The notes under the pieces are model-generated. The model was not told the origin of the DNA. It searched no databases and saw only the letters and a list, made by a program, of their open reading frames with translations. From contig NC_134031.1 in assembly GCF_964204645.1 (NCBI RefSeq), positions 6,572,001 to 6,636,000 of the forward strand: a stretch of 64,000 nucleotides of DNA. The letters run 5' to 3'. Shown piece by piece: positions 1 to 13,494 of this stretch. Within the stretch, counting starts at the first letter, position 1; each line of letters begins with the position of its first letter. The position numbers and the translations under genes are program-made. Source of the stretch: Tubulanus polymorphus (taxonomy: Eukaryota > Animalia > Nemertea).

Positions 1-338
1 TTCATGTTGGGCTCAGGGTGATCTAATACAGAAAAGAAGACGGTATTTATCTAATAGATCCAGATCCCGTAAAATATCCACTTATAACAACGACAACATT
101 AATTTGCTTACATGTGGTTTCATACAAACACTGATAAAGATTACCTTTCTCTTTACGTAAGATTATTGCGATGATATTAGTTCATTCAGGAAAGTGTTGA
201 TATCGCAATCCTTCGGTAGTTAGTTAACGTTTACCATTGTTTTATTACTAGGGAAACTTTTCTTGGCCAGAGACTAGAGCAACACTGTTACTAAGGTTAC
301 TCGAGGCATTGTTGTATCTGTTGTATCATGTCCCCTTG

Positions 339-402
339 GTCCAGTTCCATTTGTGAGTTAACTCTGAGTTGAATTTTAACTCATAACCCGGTGGAACTGG
401 GT
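339..402. mobile_element. Short MITE (GGNCCCAGTTCCAC termini), dispersed family
   Basis: Termini ggtccagttcca...tggaactgggtc around gagttaactctgagtt; related copies at ~10886-11002 and ~35540-35648. Confidence 0.6.
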
Positions 403-3400
403 CTTGAAAGCTTTCTGGCTAGTTGCCACGGGTTTTGGTGACCCCTCCCATCCGATTTGGAGCGGGTGACGAGAACATGCACAGCGGATTTTCCCTCGCA
501 TCTGTGGTTGAAGTGAGTGACTAGTGAGTGACTGCAGGTTATCGGTCAACCGCTTCTGATCCCTCAAAGCCGTGGCACGGACGAATGGCCAGGACAGATA
601 TATTGCTTTCGGGTGAACCGCTTCGTAGAAGAACCCATTAGAACTGAGAACTTACGTACACAATATTCTGTTTCTCGTACCAAACGATAAGCGTTGAGTA
701 ATCTCTCAGCAGACGAAAAAGCTTTTTTGCAGCTGAATCATGCAATGTTTATGTAGGCTGTGTTACGTATATGATTTATGTTCTTAATCTTGCTCGGTTT
801 TCAGTGTAGTCAGTCACTACATCGACCGAAATATTAATAAAGAGAGCTATTTAATTTTTCTAATCAAATCGATTTGTGATAAAGAGGGAAACTGCCGAAT
901 GACATTAACGGGAATATCGTTAATTAACCAGATATTCTAATCACTCTTATCGTAATCCCGCAAAACGAATAAATCAGTAGTCTGGAGATGATACACTGGT
1001 GTCAAGAATGGGGGCATGTTCTCGCAGTTATGAAGTCAGAATAATGTCTAAAAACTTGAAATCAACTTTTGGACTCAAATTCGACCCCGAAATTACTGAT
1101 TCGTGCGACGAACGCGTGCACGAATATATCAACTTCCGCGCACCGGGCTTCGTCCGTCCAAGCAGACGAAATGTATATGTACGCCTGATCCGTTGGATAA
1201 ACCGGAATCAAGAGCTGTTAGTTAATTACCTAGAAAGGTGATTTACCCATCTAAACGCAGCTTGGTGTAAACGAGAGTTTTATGCCCGCTGAGAACATCA
1301 AATAGTTCATCAACGCGTCAGCCTTAATTCCGCGCAGTATTCCCTCACAACTCAGCGAGTAGACATTATCCCCCCTGTCCGATATCGTACCGTCTAGGTG
1401 AAATCATACTATCTTCGACAATGATTGATAGGGCGGTCTAATTTTCCAAGACCACGAAAGCGTGAGAGGCTAACTTGGTTAACCGAGAAAGTAAATCGAA
1501 GACATTTACTTTTTTCTGTCGGTGGTAATGGCATGGTTTTTTGTTGGCGAGTTTTCGAGAAGGCGATCAAATATACGTAGGAATTGCCGAAAACGTTTTC
1601 TGACGGCGGTCGCTGGTCACTTAGCCTGAGCAAAATCCGATCAATTTCGGTATAGCACGTGAATTCCGCTGTGTATATATCAATATGATATTGTGAGATG
1701 TCAGGATGAAGAATAGATGAAATCACGATTTGGTGATTTGCAGTTTCGCCTTCAAGGCACAGAGCTCGCGTCGCGCTACGGTTAGGAACACACTCTGAAC
1801 ACACACACAAGCTACTTACTCCTACACTCTCTCTTCTACACGTAGTACAAGTGACATCTCCGCGCTACAATCACCAAACTCGTGGATTATAGAATTAAGT
1901 CAGTTTTACCGCGAACGCGGATTAATCAGATTACATATATGGTAGGTAATATGTTTTTGAATTGACCGATATACCCGACGAGTAGTAGTTTGAAATATTT
2001 TGCCAAATGAAATGAACCAACATGTCAAAAAAATATTCCTTTTGTTTTATACTGACTAATAATGGCATTTTGATGGGAAAACTTAAGACGTAATAATTTA
2101 CAGGACGCAACAGCGTTAAATGTTAAAACGTCGATGTGTGTCATCTATCTGAAGATGGTCGACGCGGGAGGTCGGTTAGTATCGAGTACGTATCAACCAT
2201 CTTATCGGAGACTAAGCATCACTTTCGTTGACTGCGCATAGGTTTCTACAAACACAGTCGGCGGAAAATAGTTTATTAAACCATTTTACAGTTGTATAGT
2301 CGCCATTTCGTTAGGATACTTTTGTCCTATATTGTTGGGTCATTTTTTCTCCTTTTTAAAAACTATTTGCGACGCATGTTTTATCGTATTCCATCGATCC
2401 ATAGATAGATTTTGACAATTTCAGTATCATTTAAAGCAGGTGTGAATCTCTAGTTTTCAGTTATGTTAAATTTATTTTGGTTTATTAGAATGGGCAAGAT
2501 TCTGTTTTGAACTATAGTCGCACCAGCACATAATTCTAGCTTCTAGTGACCACGAATCAGTTCTAACTTGGACTTATCGGGGTTACGAACAAACGTAAAA
2601 GCGTTAACACAATAAACATCATTTTCAAATGAAAAAATAAATGTATTCAAAACGAACGTTTTCGGGAAGATTTCCCCTTATCAGGTATGTAAAAGTGACT
2701 GCAAATGGATAACACACAGATATAGATACAAAACTTTGGTAATTTCGCATGGTTATTGTATATTCTAAGCTCATCCATTCCAAAAGATGGCTGGTTTTTA
2801 TCTGCGGAATGGTGACGCTTTGAAATCATGTTTGCCGACGATTGATTGCAATCTGAGGATTCGAAAGCAAACGAAGTTCGGTAGACAAGCGAAATCCATT
2901 TCTTGCGTCACGTGAGTTCTATAAGCAGCGATGAATTCGAGAAACTGTATTGATAAATCGAGGCGTTATTAATTTCTTTGAAGTTTCGCAAGTATCGATT
3001 GTAATGCATCGTTCATAAGGCTTTAATTTGATTAAATTTTCATACGTATATACACGTCTTCGATTATTCGATATATTGCCCGCACGCAAATCGACACGTA
3101 TCTTAAGAAATTTATTTACAAAACGTAAATCAATTTCATCGTCTGCGGTATTGAACTAGATCATGAAGATTCAGGAATCGGTTCCAATAATGTGGGTTTG
3201 ATGATTTGACTGTCGGTTTAATCAAGATAAACTGATTTTGTCATATATGACTTACTGTATAGAGCTGGATCATTTTTGCTTAGTGATACCGGATTGACAA
3301 TCTCGATTTCTGGATCACCGCACCGCAAGAGTATGATTCTTATGACTTTGATCACGAACTATACTCTTGATTTCAACTCTGGTAAGAATTAACGACCTTC

Positions 3401-5996
3401 AAACTATGGTAGAGGAGGTTGACCGATACCGGACCGACGTGATAGTCAACGAACATATCCACTCGAATTGTCATCTGGCCACTCGTTGTGCAGAAATCCA
3501 GGATTCTATTTTACATACGGTGCTACATAGCCAACCCCGGGGGAAATCTCGAATCCGACGGTATTCTGCCATTGCCATCATGAATACCCGATGGTTAAGT
3601 TTTAAAGATACCCTCTATAAAACCAGCCCGCGTGTACCGGTAGTCGAAGGCTGGATTCGATACTGTTTAAATGGATTCAGCTCGCGCGATGACCCGCCAG
3701 TATTGTGCATCAGAATCGTACCGAATATCGATTACTGATATTTCATATCTGTCGACCATGTCTGATTAAATTGACCTACGTGTGTCTATCGTTGTTGATA
3801 CTGAGTAATGATTATTTACTGCCCGTGATGCTCACACAAAATCCAAAATTATTTAAATTGATATCGACAACCATTTCCATTTCATTCGTACATAGCCTAC
3901 TGGTCGAGATGTAATCTATTTTTGCTAATAAACTACCGAATGTATTGAAACGATGATATGAATTGATTTTACAAGTAAGTACAGAAGCACAGTAAGATTG
4001 GTACAATGACGTCATACTAATCCAAAGGTCCCAACATGATTATATTGTTCAAAATGTGGTCCTGAGTTGCACAGTCATGGTAAACCCAAAAGTGGTTTTT
4101 AATCATAAGACTGGTCTTAAGTTGTTAGATATGCTATGGAACTAAGATGGTCTTAGATTGATCTTAAATCTAAGACATGACTGTGCAACTGGTGGCAGGA
4201 AAGGAACTCTAGAGCAAGTTCAACAGTTCCGATTTAAAATGTGTTTATTTCCAATGTTTCAACCCTGGCGAAATGTAGCCAAGGTATAAAGGATAGTCAT
4301 TAATCACCAACTGTAGAACTAAGATGGTCTTAGATTGGTCTTAAATCTAAGACATGACTGTGCATGAATGTGGCAGGAAAGGTTATCTGGAGCTAGTTCC
4401 ACAGAAAATGTGGAACTCGGAACTGTTCCGAGTTAAAATGAGTTTTTTACAATGTTTCAACCCTGATGTCATACCAAGAACTAAAATGGTCGTCAATAAT
4501 CAACAATTAATTATGAAATTTGTTTATTCATCAACGCACTAGGTACTTGGGGGAAAATCATTACATGTGCCATTTGCACATATTTGAAGGCAGTCACTAT
4601 TTCGAGATAAAAAGTCAGTGTTATCCAGTTCCAGAGCCGATAACTAAGTCGAAAACGACTTGAATATCTAGAATTCATGATATTCGTTAGTGGGCCAAAT
4701 TGATAAACAGCATGGCGAGTCTAGAGTACCGAGTATGGACCTATGCTTTGTACAACAACGCCTACATGTACCGGACAAATCCCTAGTGGTACATATAGCA
4801 GTATATAAAAGCCTATTAATTCGCCTCTCTTGATGATTGTAAGATCTCCGGCAATTAGCCTATTTATCATATATAAGATACACGTACATATGGATGAAAA
4901 AAGCGTTACACTTTTTAAATGCATTCAAGACTCATTTGTATTATATACACATAAGATTAGGTTTTCAGCTAGTGTAGATATTGCATGCTTTCAACTTTAA
5001 TACAGTTGATCACAAACGACCGCGCATTATTTCGGAACTCGGTCCAAAGTAAAGTTCAACCTGTTCGGGACCACAGCAAATCAGATTTAATCTATTTGAA
5101 CGACGGATCCCGAATTCACGAAATTAGCTGGAACCGATCTTCTAGTTTCTATCGAGCCTTCAAACGTTTCGAAAACAACTCGTCGATTTCTGTGCCGCGA
5201 GAAAAAGCTTATCTGCTGTAATTATGAAAGATAGTCCTGGCGACCATTAGTTTCAGTCCGATGAGACCTAACCATATCTAATACCATTTCCTGTATCAGT
5301 ATTGATTCGGTAATGTCGGTCAGGAGCCGGAGACATTTTTCGTAATTTGGCTGATTTTATGCGGCGCATGATTTTGCGATGGCCACCGGTCTCCGCTAGC
5401 CATCCGTATCATTACAACCTAATGGCCTCACATGCGCATTATCAGTAATTCCAGAATTATTGCCGTTAAGTTCACGCTTGAATTCAGTTTCGCGCGTCCC
5501 GAGCAATTACGGCCTATAACGTTATAACGCCAGAATTAACGTTCAGTCATTAGACTTGGATGTTTAATTGAGGATAAAATCCTGTATAGAATGTACTACG
5601 TAAAATTCATATGGGTTTTTGTTAGAGTCTATATGTGTATTCGTTTACTCCCTGTGAAACGGGTAGTCGGTCAAGGCTGTGGATTTGATTATTTTCCAAA
5701 CAGCGAGTTTACTCCGAGTAGATGGGCTTTTAAGTGAATTTCCAGGACTGATATTTCTTTGGTTTTTCGATGAACCGTGTTCCGCGTTTCGTAGTTAGAC
5801 GCACATTCAGCCACGTCGAAACAAGCCAAAAAGCTCTTCTGTTTCGTGTTTAGGGTTCATGTCTTGCTGTGCGCGCTCGTCCTAAGGTTCTTAAGTCCTC
5901 GGTTTTCGATACAATAGAACGTAAGCATGACAATGAATTGTCAAACGTAAATCGAAACCTCGGCCACCGGCCAAGGCTACCCAAAACGAAGTCGTT

Positions 5997-8370
5997 AGAA
6001 ACACCAGGTTGGATTATCGTCGTGCAAAAAGAACATACTCATCTTTACCCTCACGTAATAATCACTACATAATGAACCGTGCGTTCCGTAAATACAAAAA
6101 CGCCATTCACAAATGGAATAGTGATAGGAAGACGGTTTTCAACGAGAAAATACGTTCACTGTCAAAATCTGACCCTCACAACTTCTGGAACTATTTCAAG
6201 AAGAACCACAATAACACGTGTAATGTCTCAAGCGCTGATTTTCTAAATCACTTTAAATCTATGAACGAGCGTCCTGTGCTTGATGGAAGTGAACCACGGC
6301 TTCATAACGTCGAAGACTTTAACGGCAATAACTATGACCAAACCCCTTTAAATCAACCTATTAACGGGGATGAAATATTAAAGAGTATAAATAAATTAAA
6401 AAACTTTAAGGCATGTGGTACGGACAAAATCCCTAACGAGTTCTTAAAATCGGCCGAGGAGAGTTTACTACCAACACTTATGTGTCTTTTTAACAATGTC
6501 CTTGATACAGGTAATATCCCCGAATCATGGTTAAACGGAATGATTATACCTATTTTCAAACAAAAGGGTAGTGCTGATGACCCAAGTAACTATAGGGGCG
6601 TGACTTTGTTGAGCAATGTAGGCAAACTTTTTACTAGTGTCATCAACAACCGGCTAACTAATTACCTAGAGACGAACAATATACTACTGGAAAATCAAGC
6701 AGGTTTCAGACAAAAACACGGCATTCTGGACCATATATACTCCCTTAAGTCACTTGTGGATATGTTTTTGAATAGTAATCGCAAGCTTTACTGCATTTTT
6801 GTAGATTACAAACGTGCCTTTGATAGCATATGGAGAAAGGCTCTGTGGCATAAGATGATCAATAGTGGTGTTACGGGCAAAGTTCTAAATGTAATATGTA
6901 GCATGTACCAGGGCATCAAGTCATGTGTATTTTCTAATGATAGTAAAACAGATGCCTTTGAAAGTTTTATGGGTGTCAGACAGGGAGAAAATTTGTCCCC
7001 TGTGCTCTTTTCAATATTTTTAAATGATCTGGAAGGCTATTTAGATGCTCAAAATTGTCCCTCCCTAAATCTGCGCATGCGTAATGATGCATGGGTCAAA
7101 TTGATGATCCTTATGTACGCAGACGATACAGTACTTATGAGCGAGAGTCCACAGGGTCTTCAGAAATTGATTGACAACCTGCATGTTTATTGCAAAGATT
7201 GGAAGTTACAAATAAATTGCGAAAAAACAAAAGTAATGATATTCTCGAAACGAAGACTCCGAAACCCTCCGGAGTTTAATATAAACGGTCGAGTGTTGGA
7301 GTTAGTATATAACTATAAGTATTTGGGTATACTATTCTCCCATACCGGGTCTTTTGCTCAGTGCCGAAAAGCGTTAGCAAACCAAGCACAGCGGGCTATG
7401 TTCTCTGTTTTAAAAAAGGTTAGCGAATATTCACTCGACGTTGATGTTAGTTTAAAGTTATATGATAGCATGGTATTACCAATTCTATTATTTGGTTGTG
7501 AAATTTGGGGTTACGAAAATCTCCGAGTTCTTGAGTGCGTGCAGCTGAAATTTTTTAAATATTTACTCAAGTTAAAGAAATCTACTAATAGCTCATTTGT
7601 CTATGGAGAACTGGGTCATTTTCCTCTCGAAGTTTACGTACAGCTTAGAATTGTAAATTTTTGGGCAAAATTAATAACTGATGATAAATTATCGTCAAAG
7701 GTTTACAGTTGTGTTTATAATAGCTATATTGATGGTCAAGCTAACTCTTGGATGGATTCTGTGAAGAACATTTTGCTCCGAAATGGGCTCGGATATATTT
7801 GGGAAAATCAAAATATTCCAAACGTGAATTACTTGAGTCTGATTCTTAAACAGAGATTGCAGGATCAGTTTATGCAAGTCTGGCATGCAAAACTTACTGA
7901 TTCCACTATGGCTGTTACGTATTTAACAATCAAATGCCGTTTCGAAATGGAAAAGTATCTAACTGAATTAACCCCTAGGGACCGGTTAACTTTATGTAGA
8001 TTTAGATGCTCAGCTCACAGGCTACCGGTGGAAGTTGGGCGGTGGCGTGGAATTGCCCGTGCCAATAGGCTGTGCCAAAAGTGTGATTTAGTGGCGGTGG
8101 GGGATGAATATCACTTTTTACTCGTCTGCCCGTACTTCCAGGAATCCAGAGCTAGATATATCCCGGAGCGTTATTGGAGATTCCCCAATAACGTAAAGTT
8201 GTATGATTTGTTTAACTCAAATTGCCAAACTCTTAAAAAATTGGCGTTGTATATACGCAAATGTTTAATACATTTCTAATGTTAAATGTTGCAATGTCTA
8301 TTGTAAATTAATTTTGTGCTCTGTGCAATTGTATAATTGTGGAGTAAATAAACTTAACTTAACTTAATAA
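5997..8370 (+). mobile_element. 5'-truncated non-LTR retrotransposon (LINE)
   Basis: Uninterrupted RT ORF followed by a short 3' UTR, AATAAA and an (AACTT)n tail at ~8347-8370; no endonuclease domain upstream. Confidence 0.9.
6009..8279 (+). CDS. LINE ORF2 (reverse transcriptase plus C-terminal CCHC-like domain), N-terminally truncated
   Basis: Motifs KACGTDKI, NYRGVTLL, QAGFR, FVDYKRAFD, GVRQGENLSP, MYADD, YKYLG and C-terminal CQKC...DEYHFLLVC; the start is TTG and probably not a real initiation site. Confidence 0.9.
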   Translation: MDYRRAKRTYSSLPSRNNHYIMNRAFRKYKNAIHKWNSDRKTVFNEKIRSLSKSDPHNFWNYFKKNHNNTCNVSSADFLNHFKSMNERPVLDGSEPRLHNVEDFNGNNYDQTPLNQPINGDEILKSINKLKNFKACGTDKIPNEFLKSAEESLLPTLMCLFNNVLDTGNIPESWLNGMIIPIFKQKGSADDPSNYRGVTLLSNVGKLFTSVINNRLTNYLETNNILLENQAGFRQKHGILDHIYSLKSLVDMFLNSNRKLYCIFVDYKRAFDSIWRKALWHKMINSGVTGKVLNVICSMYQGIKSCVFSNDSKTDAFESFMGVRQGENLSPVLFSIFLNDLEGYLDAQNCPSLNLRMRNDAWVKLMILMYADDTVLMSESPQGLQKLIDNLHVYCKDWKLQINCEKTKVMIFSKRRLRNPPEFNINGRVLELVYNYKYLGILFSHTGSFAQCRKALANQAQRAMFSVLKKVSEYSLDVDVSLKLYDSMVLPILLFGCEIWGYENLRVLECVQLKFFKYLLKLKKSTNSSFVYGELGHFPLEVYVQLRIVNFWAKLITDDKLSSKVYSCVYNSYIDGQANSWMDSVKNILLRNGLGYIWENQNIPNVNYLSLILKQRLQDQFMQVWHAKLTDSTMAVTYLTIKCRFEMEKYLTELTPRDRLTLCRFRCSAHRLPVEVGRWRGIARANRLCQKCDLVAVGDEYHFLLVCPYFQESRARYIPERYWRFPNNVKLYDLFNSNCQTLKKLALYIRKCLIHF

Positions 8371-8749
8371 ACTCTATTTGAAAACCTGTCCAGGGATACA
8401 TGCCCACGACATCACAACACGCCATTGGGCGTCACTCATAATAAATCATATGTACATAATTGTAAATGAAAATAGATGGTCAACAAAAAAAAAATGACAC
8501 AAAAAGAGGAAAAAGAAACAATATAGTATTCTTTATAAAGTTAGAAATACGTGTACTCTCAAGTGAGACAAGTCCTAAATTTCACGATCTTCAGAAAAGT
8601 CGGTCGATTAGGATTTATAGTGAATGCCTAGTGAAAAGTATTTCAAGTTTAAATCTACAATGTCATTTCTAATTCGTGGGCTATCGTGGAGTTTACAATG
8701 AAAATGATATAGTTTCGGCAGTGTACCCAGAAAGTTAAGTGATAACAAT

Positions 8750-8985
8750 AAGAACCTATATCGAAATCTTCATTGTGATTAGATGATTATTTACACGTTT
8801 CACGTTTCGATCTATTTCGACTCCTTTCAAGGAATGAATAGATACGAACGTATTTATACTATGTATAAGTCTGTATCGATTCATTTCTTGAAAATGACCC
8901 GAAGAATAGAGTCGTGATCGGTTGAAACGTGAAACGTGTAAATAACATCATATAATCATGATAAAGATTTTGATAGTTGCGTTCT
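8750..8985. repeat. Degenerate palindromic repeat, probably a Penelope-derived inverted terminus
   Basis: Arms aagaac...tatttacacgtttcacgtttc and gaaacgtgaaacgtgtaaata...gttctt are reverse complements. Confidence 0.5.
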
Positions 8986-9944
8986 TACAACTGTTTAGAA
9001 TAAAATCAATTTCGTCGCCAATAACTTTGCGGCGAGGACAGACACCGTTGAGCGATGCCAAGTCTCCTTCCTATTCAACTATCTGGTTATGACAAGACGT
9101 TCACATTTTCGGTATTCCAGATTTCGACGAGTGGCCTTTAAAAAGAAAATAAATATATGGTTCTAGCTCAAATTTAGATTCGATAATTCCATAAAGTTGC
9201 GTTATCGGCTGCATAACCTCGATACCCAGCATAGTCACCTGACTGAAGTATGGAAGATTGCAAATACGTTATACGTTATATGTTGAATACCCAGTACGTC
9301 GTGGGTCTACGGCCCAGTCAAACTGCAAAACGGGAAAAAGTTGTCCGTCTTGATTTTCAATCTAGTATCTTGTAAAAGTTATCAATCTTATGATATGCAG
9401 AAAAAATAGTTTTATTTTTCATTTTTTCCCTTCATTTGAATAAAATTCATCACAATTTTCTCACCCCATATCCTACTGTTCTTCCGAGGTTTTATGTGGA
9501 TAGTAGTCAAATAATAATATATAACTTATATTCATTCTTTCCCTTCGTCCTTCCACTTTTTTCTTGAAAAAAATCTGTACTTTAAGTAATTTCAAAAATG
9601 GCCTCAGCGCGCTCTGAAGCTCATTCCGATTTTAAAATTTCCTGATGATAATTTCTTGTATTTCTGCAAGTTCTTATTTCGCAGAAAAAAATATACAGCT
9701 ATATACGCTATGAATATGTCTGTTACGAGACGGTGTTTATGGTATCGAAAGTCGTCGTGTAAAACCTGGATTAATTGAATTTGCATTTCAATCGTATGTA
9801 TTCTGTCAGAACGAATTCCAGAGGGGAAATCGCGTCAGAATATCTCTCTCGCGTGGTATGGCTGTCGAATCAATCTTTCGATTCCAGCCCTTAAAATCGC
9901 AAATCGAATATCTCCTAATAACAGATATCTTAAGGTAGCGAATA

Positions 9945-10177
9945 TTCGTAGAGTAGCCGTGTTAACCAGGTTTAAAATAAGTAACGAGACGAGTAGTACT
10001 GTATAGGTTAACTATTTATTTGACGCAAGCGCTTTCGTTTCTAATGAACAGAAGCTTCATCAGATGAATCTATGAAGCTTCTGATTCACCTGATGAAGCT
10101 TCTATTCATTAGAAGTGAAAGCTCGTGCGTCAAATAAATAGTTAACCTATACAGTACTACCCGTCTCGTTACTTATA
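9945..10177. mobile_element. Penelope-like element remnant (tail-to-tail inverted terminal repeats)
   Basis: ~95-bp inverted arms (ataagtaacgagacg.../...cgtctcgttacttat) containing a hammerhead core; a shorter copy lies at ~20283-20455. Confidence 0.7.
10087..10127 (+). ncRNA. Minimal type I hammerhead ribozyme motif
   Basis: CAC-CTGATGA-a-gcttct(attcatt)agaagt-GAAA-GC-TC-GTG: conserved core, stem II, stem I CAC/GTG, palindromic AGCT at stem III. Confidence 0.65.
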
Positions 10178-11551
10178 AGGTAGCGAGTAATCTATTCTGG
10201 TCCATTTTGGTTTATGGAAATATTGGTCCTTTGGGTTAATCTTAATTTTCGGTTGTTAAATTCTATTTCAAGAACCGATACCTTGTTTCTTATTTCTGCT
10301 GAGCTCAAAAGTTGACCGGCCGGCCGCCTACCTACCCTGTACATTAATTTTCTTTATATCATGATCAAGTTAACAACAACAGACCAGGCAGATACAGAGA
10401 TGAACTGATTACAAATATCATTGTGGTTTACAAAAATGATCCGGCCGATTAGGAGAAACATTATAAAATGCCTCATTTCTATAGCCTAATATATGTTTTG
10501 ACGACTGGTTTTGTTCGATTTTTAACTAAGTTTCAAAATGCATCATATTACAGATGGATCGCTGCATCTTTCTTCAATTCAGTTCAGAATTCGTCGTTTG
10601 ACGAATATCGCTTTTCTTGCCAAGGTCTTCCCACATCGACGATGTGTCAACGAAATTCGAATTCTAGAAGAAGAGAGCTACTTAGATTCTAAAACCGTAT
10701 ATCTTAATGTAACGGCATTTTGATATTTCTTGAGTCTATTCGTTTGACTAATGATACCTAGGAACAAAGTTAAAAACTCATTGTATTCAAATTTAAAAAA
10801 ATTAGAAACGATATTCATTTATCAAATTGAAAATCATAAGTTCAGATGATAGTCTCTAGAAAGAGTCCGAAACGTTCAATCTTCCGGACCCTGTTCCACA
10901 GTGTTGTGAGTTGATATTCGACTCTGCGTTAACTCATCATTGAATATGAACTAAATATCAACTCAGAGTTAACTCTAACTCACAACTGCGGAACTGGGTC
11001 CCGAATATCAATCTTATCGTATATCTATTCCCCACGTTTAGGTACGTCTATTCTACTATTCTTAAGATTCTAAAGATTTGAACGGTGCGAATCTTCCAGC
11101 TACAGTGTAGGCAGTACTGTTTGTGCCCAGCAGCGACGGCGCTGATCTGTAGTTCGGCTCTTCGTCGATCGACGCTACACTCATGTAATTCGAGTAATGA
11201 AATTATAGTAACTATCCCTTAATGGAGTCTCATTGTCAGCTCGCATTTGTCCAGAATTACTTACACATAACGTTAGCAATACCTCCCATCTATCTTTATT
11301 TTGCGATCGTATCTGTTATCCGACAGCCCCAACTTCTGAACTTTTCGTGTAGGACATTTCTACCGCCAAGACAAAGATTGTGATAGATTGTATTTCGTGT
11401 ATTCGCACATAAACCAACTTTTGGACATATATATATTCGAGTGTAAAATGCAAAAAAATACAATATGAATATTGTTATTTTCGAAATTCGCTGTAAACCC
11501 AAGTCCGGTAATCACGCAAGTCCGATTTTAACATTGATGGCACAGTGGTGG

Positions 11552-11808
11552 CAGGGGCCGATCCAGGAATATTTGAAGGGCAAGGCCAAGAAAAAAAGAT
11601 TTTCGAATAGAGTACCCGTGTTATAGGTTGTTCCACCATCGGCGTTAGAATATTTTTCTGAAGAAATAGATCCGAAAATATACAATTTCCAAAAAGATGA
11701 GTTTTAAATTTGCAGGTTCTGGCTAGACCTCGGTCTTGGTGAAAAGGGGTAACCTCAGAAGAAAGGCAGGGGTCCCGAACCCCGCGACCATCCCCTAAAT
11801 CCGCCCCT
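11552..11808. mobile_element. hAT-like MITE (CAGGGG termini)
   Basis: caggggccgatccagga...cctaaatccgcccctg; related copy at ~26013-26283. Confidence 0.5.
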
Positions 11809-13019
11809 GGGTGGGTCATTGGAAGTTCATATGAGAGTTCCATATCATTGTAAAATAGTTCAATATATGTACAATATGTACGTACATATGATATACGTAG
11901 GCCTATAGCATTTGGCTTGAAACTATCACCGCGTATATCATGTTTCTATTTGCACGAATAGCGTTAGAAAATTAATTACGACCTGTTCACGGCACAATGT
12001 TGAAATTAAACTTATTTCGAGTTCTGTTCTTTTTCTATTGGGATTCCCGAGTGACGGTTTCCGTAAATGAACTGTTGAATGTACCTCACATATGCGCCAC
12101 GGCTTTTGCAAAGATTTTTCAACATCAGACGCAGTCGGGAAATTGATTGCACGTTAGGGGCGAGTCGAACGTGGTTTGTAGTCGGTTGCGCTGTTGGTTG
12201 AGATGAATAATGATTCGATGTTTATAGATACGAACGCGCTCTGTACTGTTATAGATACCGGCGGTGATTTCATTTTTAAAATATATTTTTGTGCGAGTGT
12301 TCGTTTGGAGATAACACTGATCAAACGCACCCGGGCCATCGATTCGGTCAAAAACATTTCACCGCTATTCCCACGGGCGATTCGCTTGAAAAGAAACCCT
12401 CTTCGAATATCTTCGAATTCGACCAGATTTTAGTCGAAAGTGGGAATGTAAAATGTCATTCGCCATATCATTCGCGGGGTGTACGGTAAAATTGACTGAT
12501 ACCTTATTCCCAAATGATTGAAATGAATAGTGTAGATAAAATTGTATACATCCTGTGCATGGAATACATTCTATTTCAACAAACAAAGTATTTACATATA
12601 ATTCATATGTTAGTGTACGTATATGGACTTGTTGAAATAAGAAAACTAACTTGAAAGTTAACCGACGCCTTGGAAAATAACCCATATTACTTGATACTGT
12701 CGACTATAAATGATATGATATAAATATCATTTAATATGAAGGATCAAAAAAGTTATTTTCGGTTTGAATATATCGATAATCGAATTGAATTGACCGGTAA
12801 CCAGACTGGTCACGAATATATCAATAATTAAATCGACCGGCAACCAGTCTAGAACCAATTTATTGATGACGTAGGTCACATTCCCTCAAAAATAATTATC
12901 AAAAGTTATTAAAAGTAAAATGAGAGATATAAAATGTCAGTAATCCCCTCAAAAATTATTATCAAAATTCACGTAAGACAAGAGATATAAGATGTATTTG
13001 ATTCAGTAAATATGGTGGC

Positions 13020-13494
13020 TATGGTGGCTGATAAGGGCCATAGCGTAAAATTCCTGGTATGTAAATGAGGGGGCCAGAACGCCAGAACGCCAAAACGAAA
13101 AAAAACGTCCAATTTTTCTGAACGTTCGTTTTGGCGCGCCAAAACAAAGAATATTTCGTTTTGGTGCCCCCGCCAAAACAACGAAAAACGTCCAATTTTC
13201 TCTGAAAGTTCGTTTTGGCGCGCCAAAATAAAGAATATTTTAGATTATTTTGGCGCAGTTATTTCCGCATTCAACCACAGTAAAATTATTTTTCAATTTG
13301 GCGCGTTGATCCTGTGTGTAATTTGCATAAATTTGCATATATAGAATTATTTTACGTGGTTGAAAGTTCGTTTTGACGGGGGCGCCAAAATGAAAGTTCG
13401 TTCTTATTGCGCAATAAAACGACTTTTAAAGCGTTTGCGAAAAGAATTTGTAACGTCTGTGATTTTCTCTTACATGGCCGATTCAGCCACCATA
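13020..13494. mobile_element. MITE with TATGGTGGCTGA termini, nested in an older dispersed repeat
   Basis: tatggtggctgataagggcca...tggccgattcagccaccata; related full element at ~28694-28965 and single ends near 51700 and 63070. Confidence 0.6.

Noticed and set aside
1-5990. Short ORFs (60-133 aa) here and in 8400-25400
   Set aside because: No recognisable motifs or consistent exon chains; the region looks intergenic or 5'-UTR intronic with MITEs
10841-10880. Further hammerhead candidate (cagatga...gaaacgtt)
   Set aside because: Core mutated (CAGAUGA) and stems weak; at most a decayed copy
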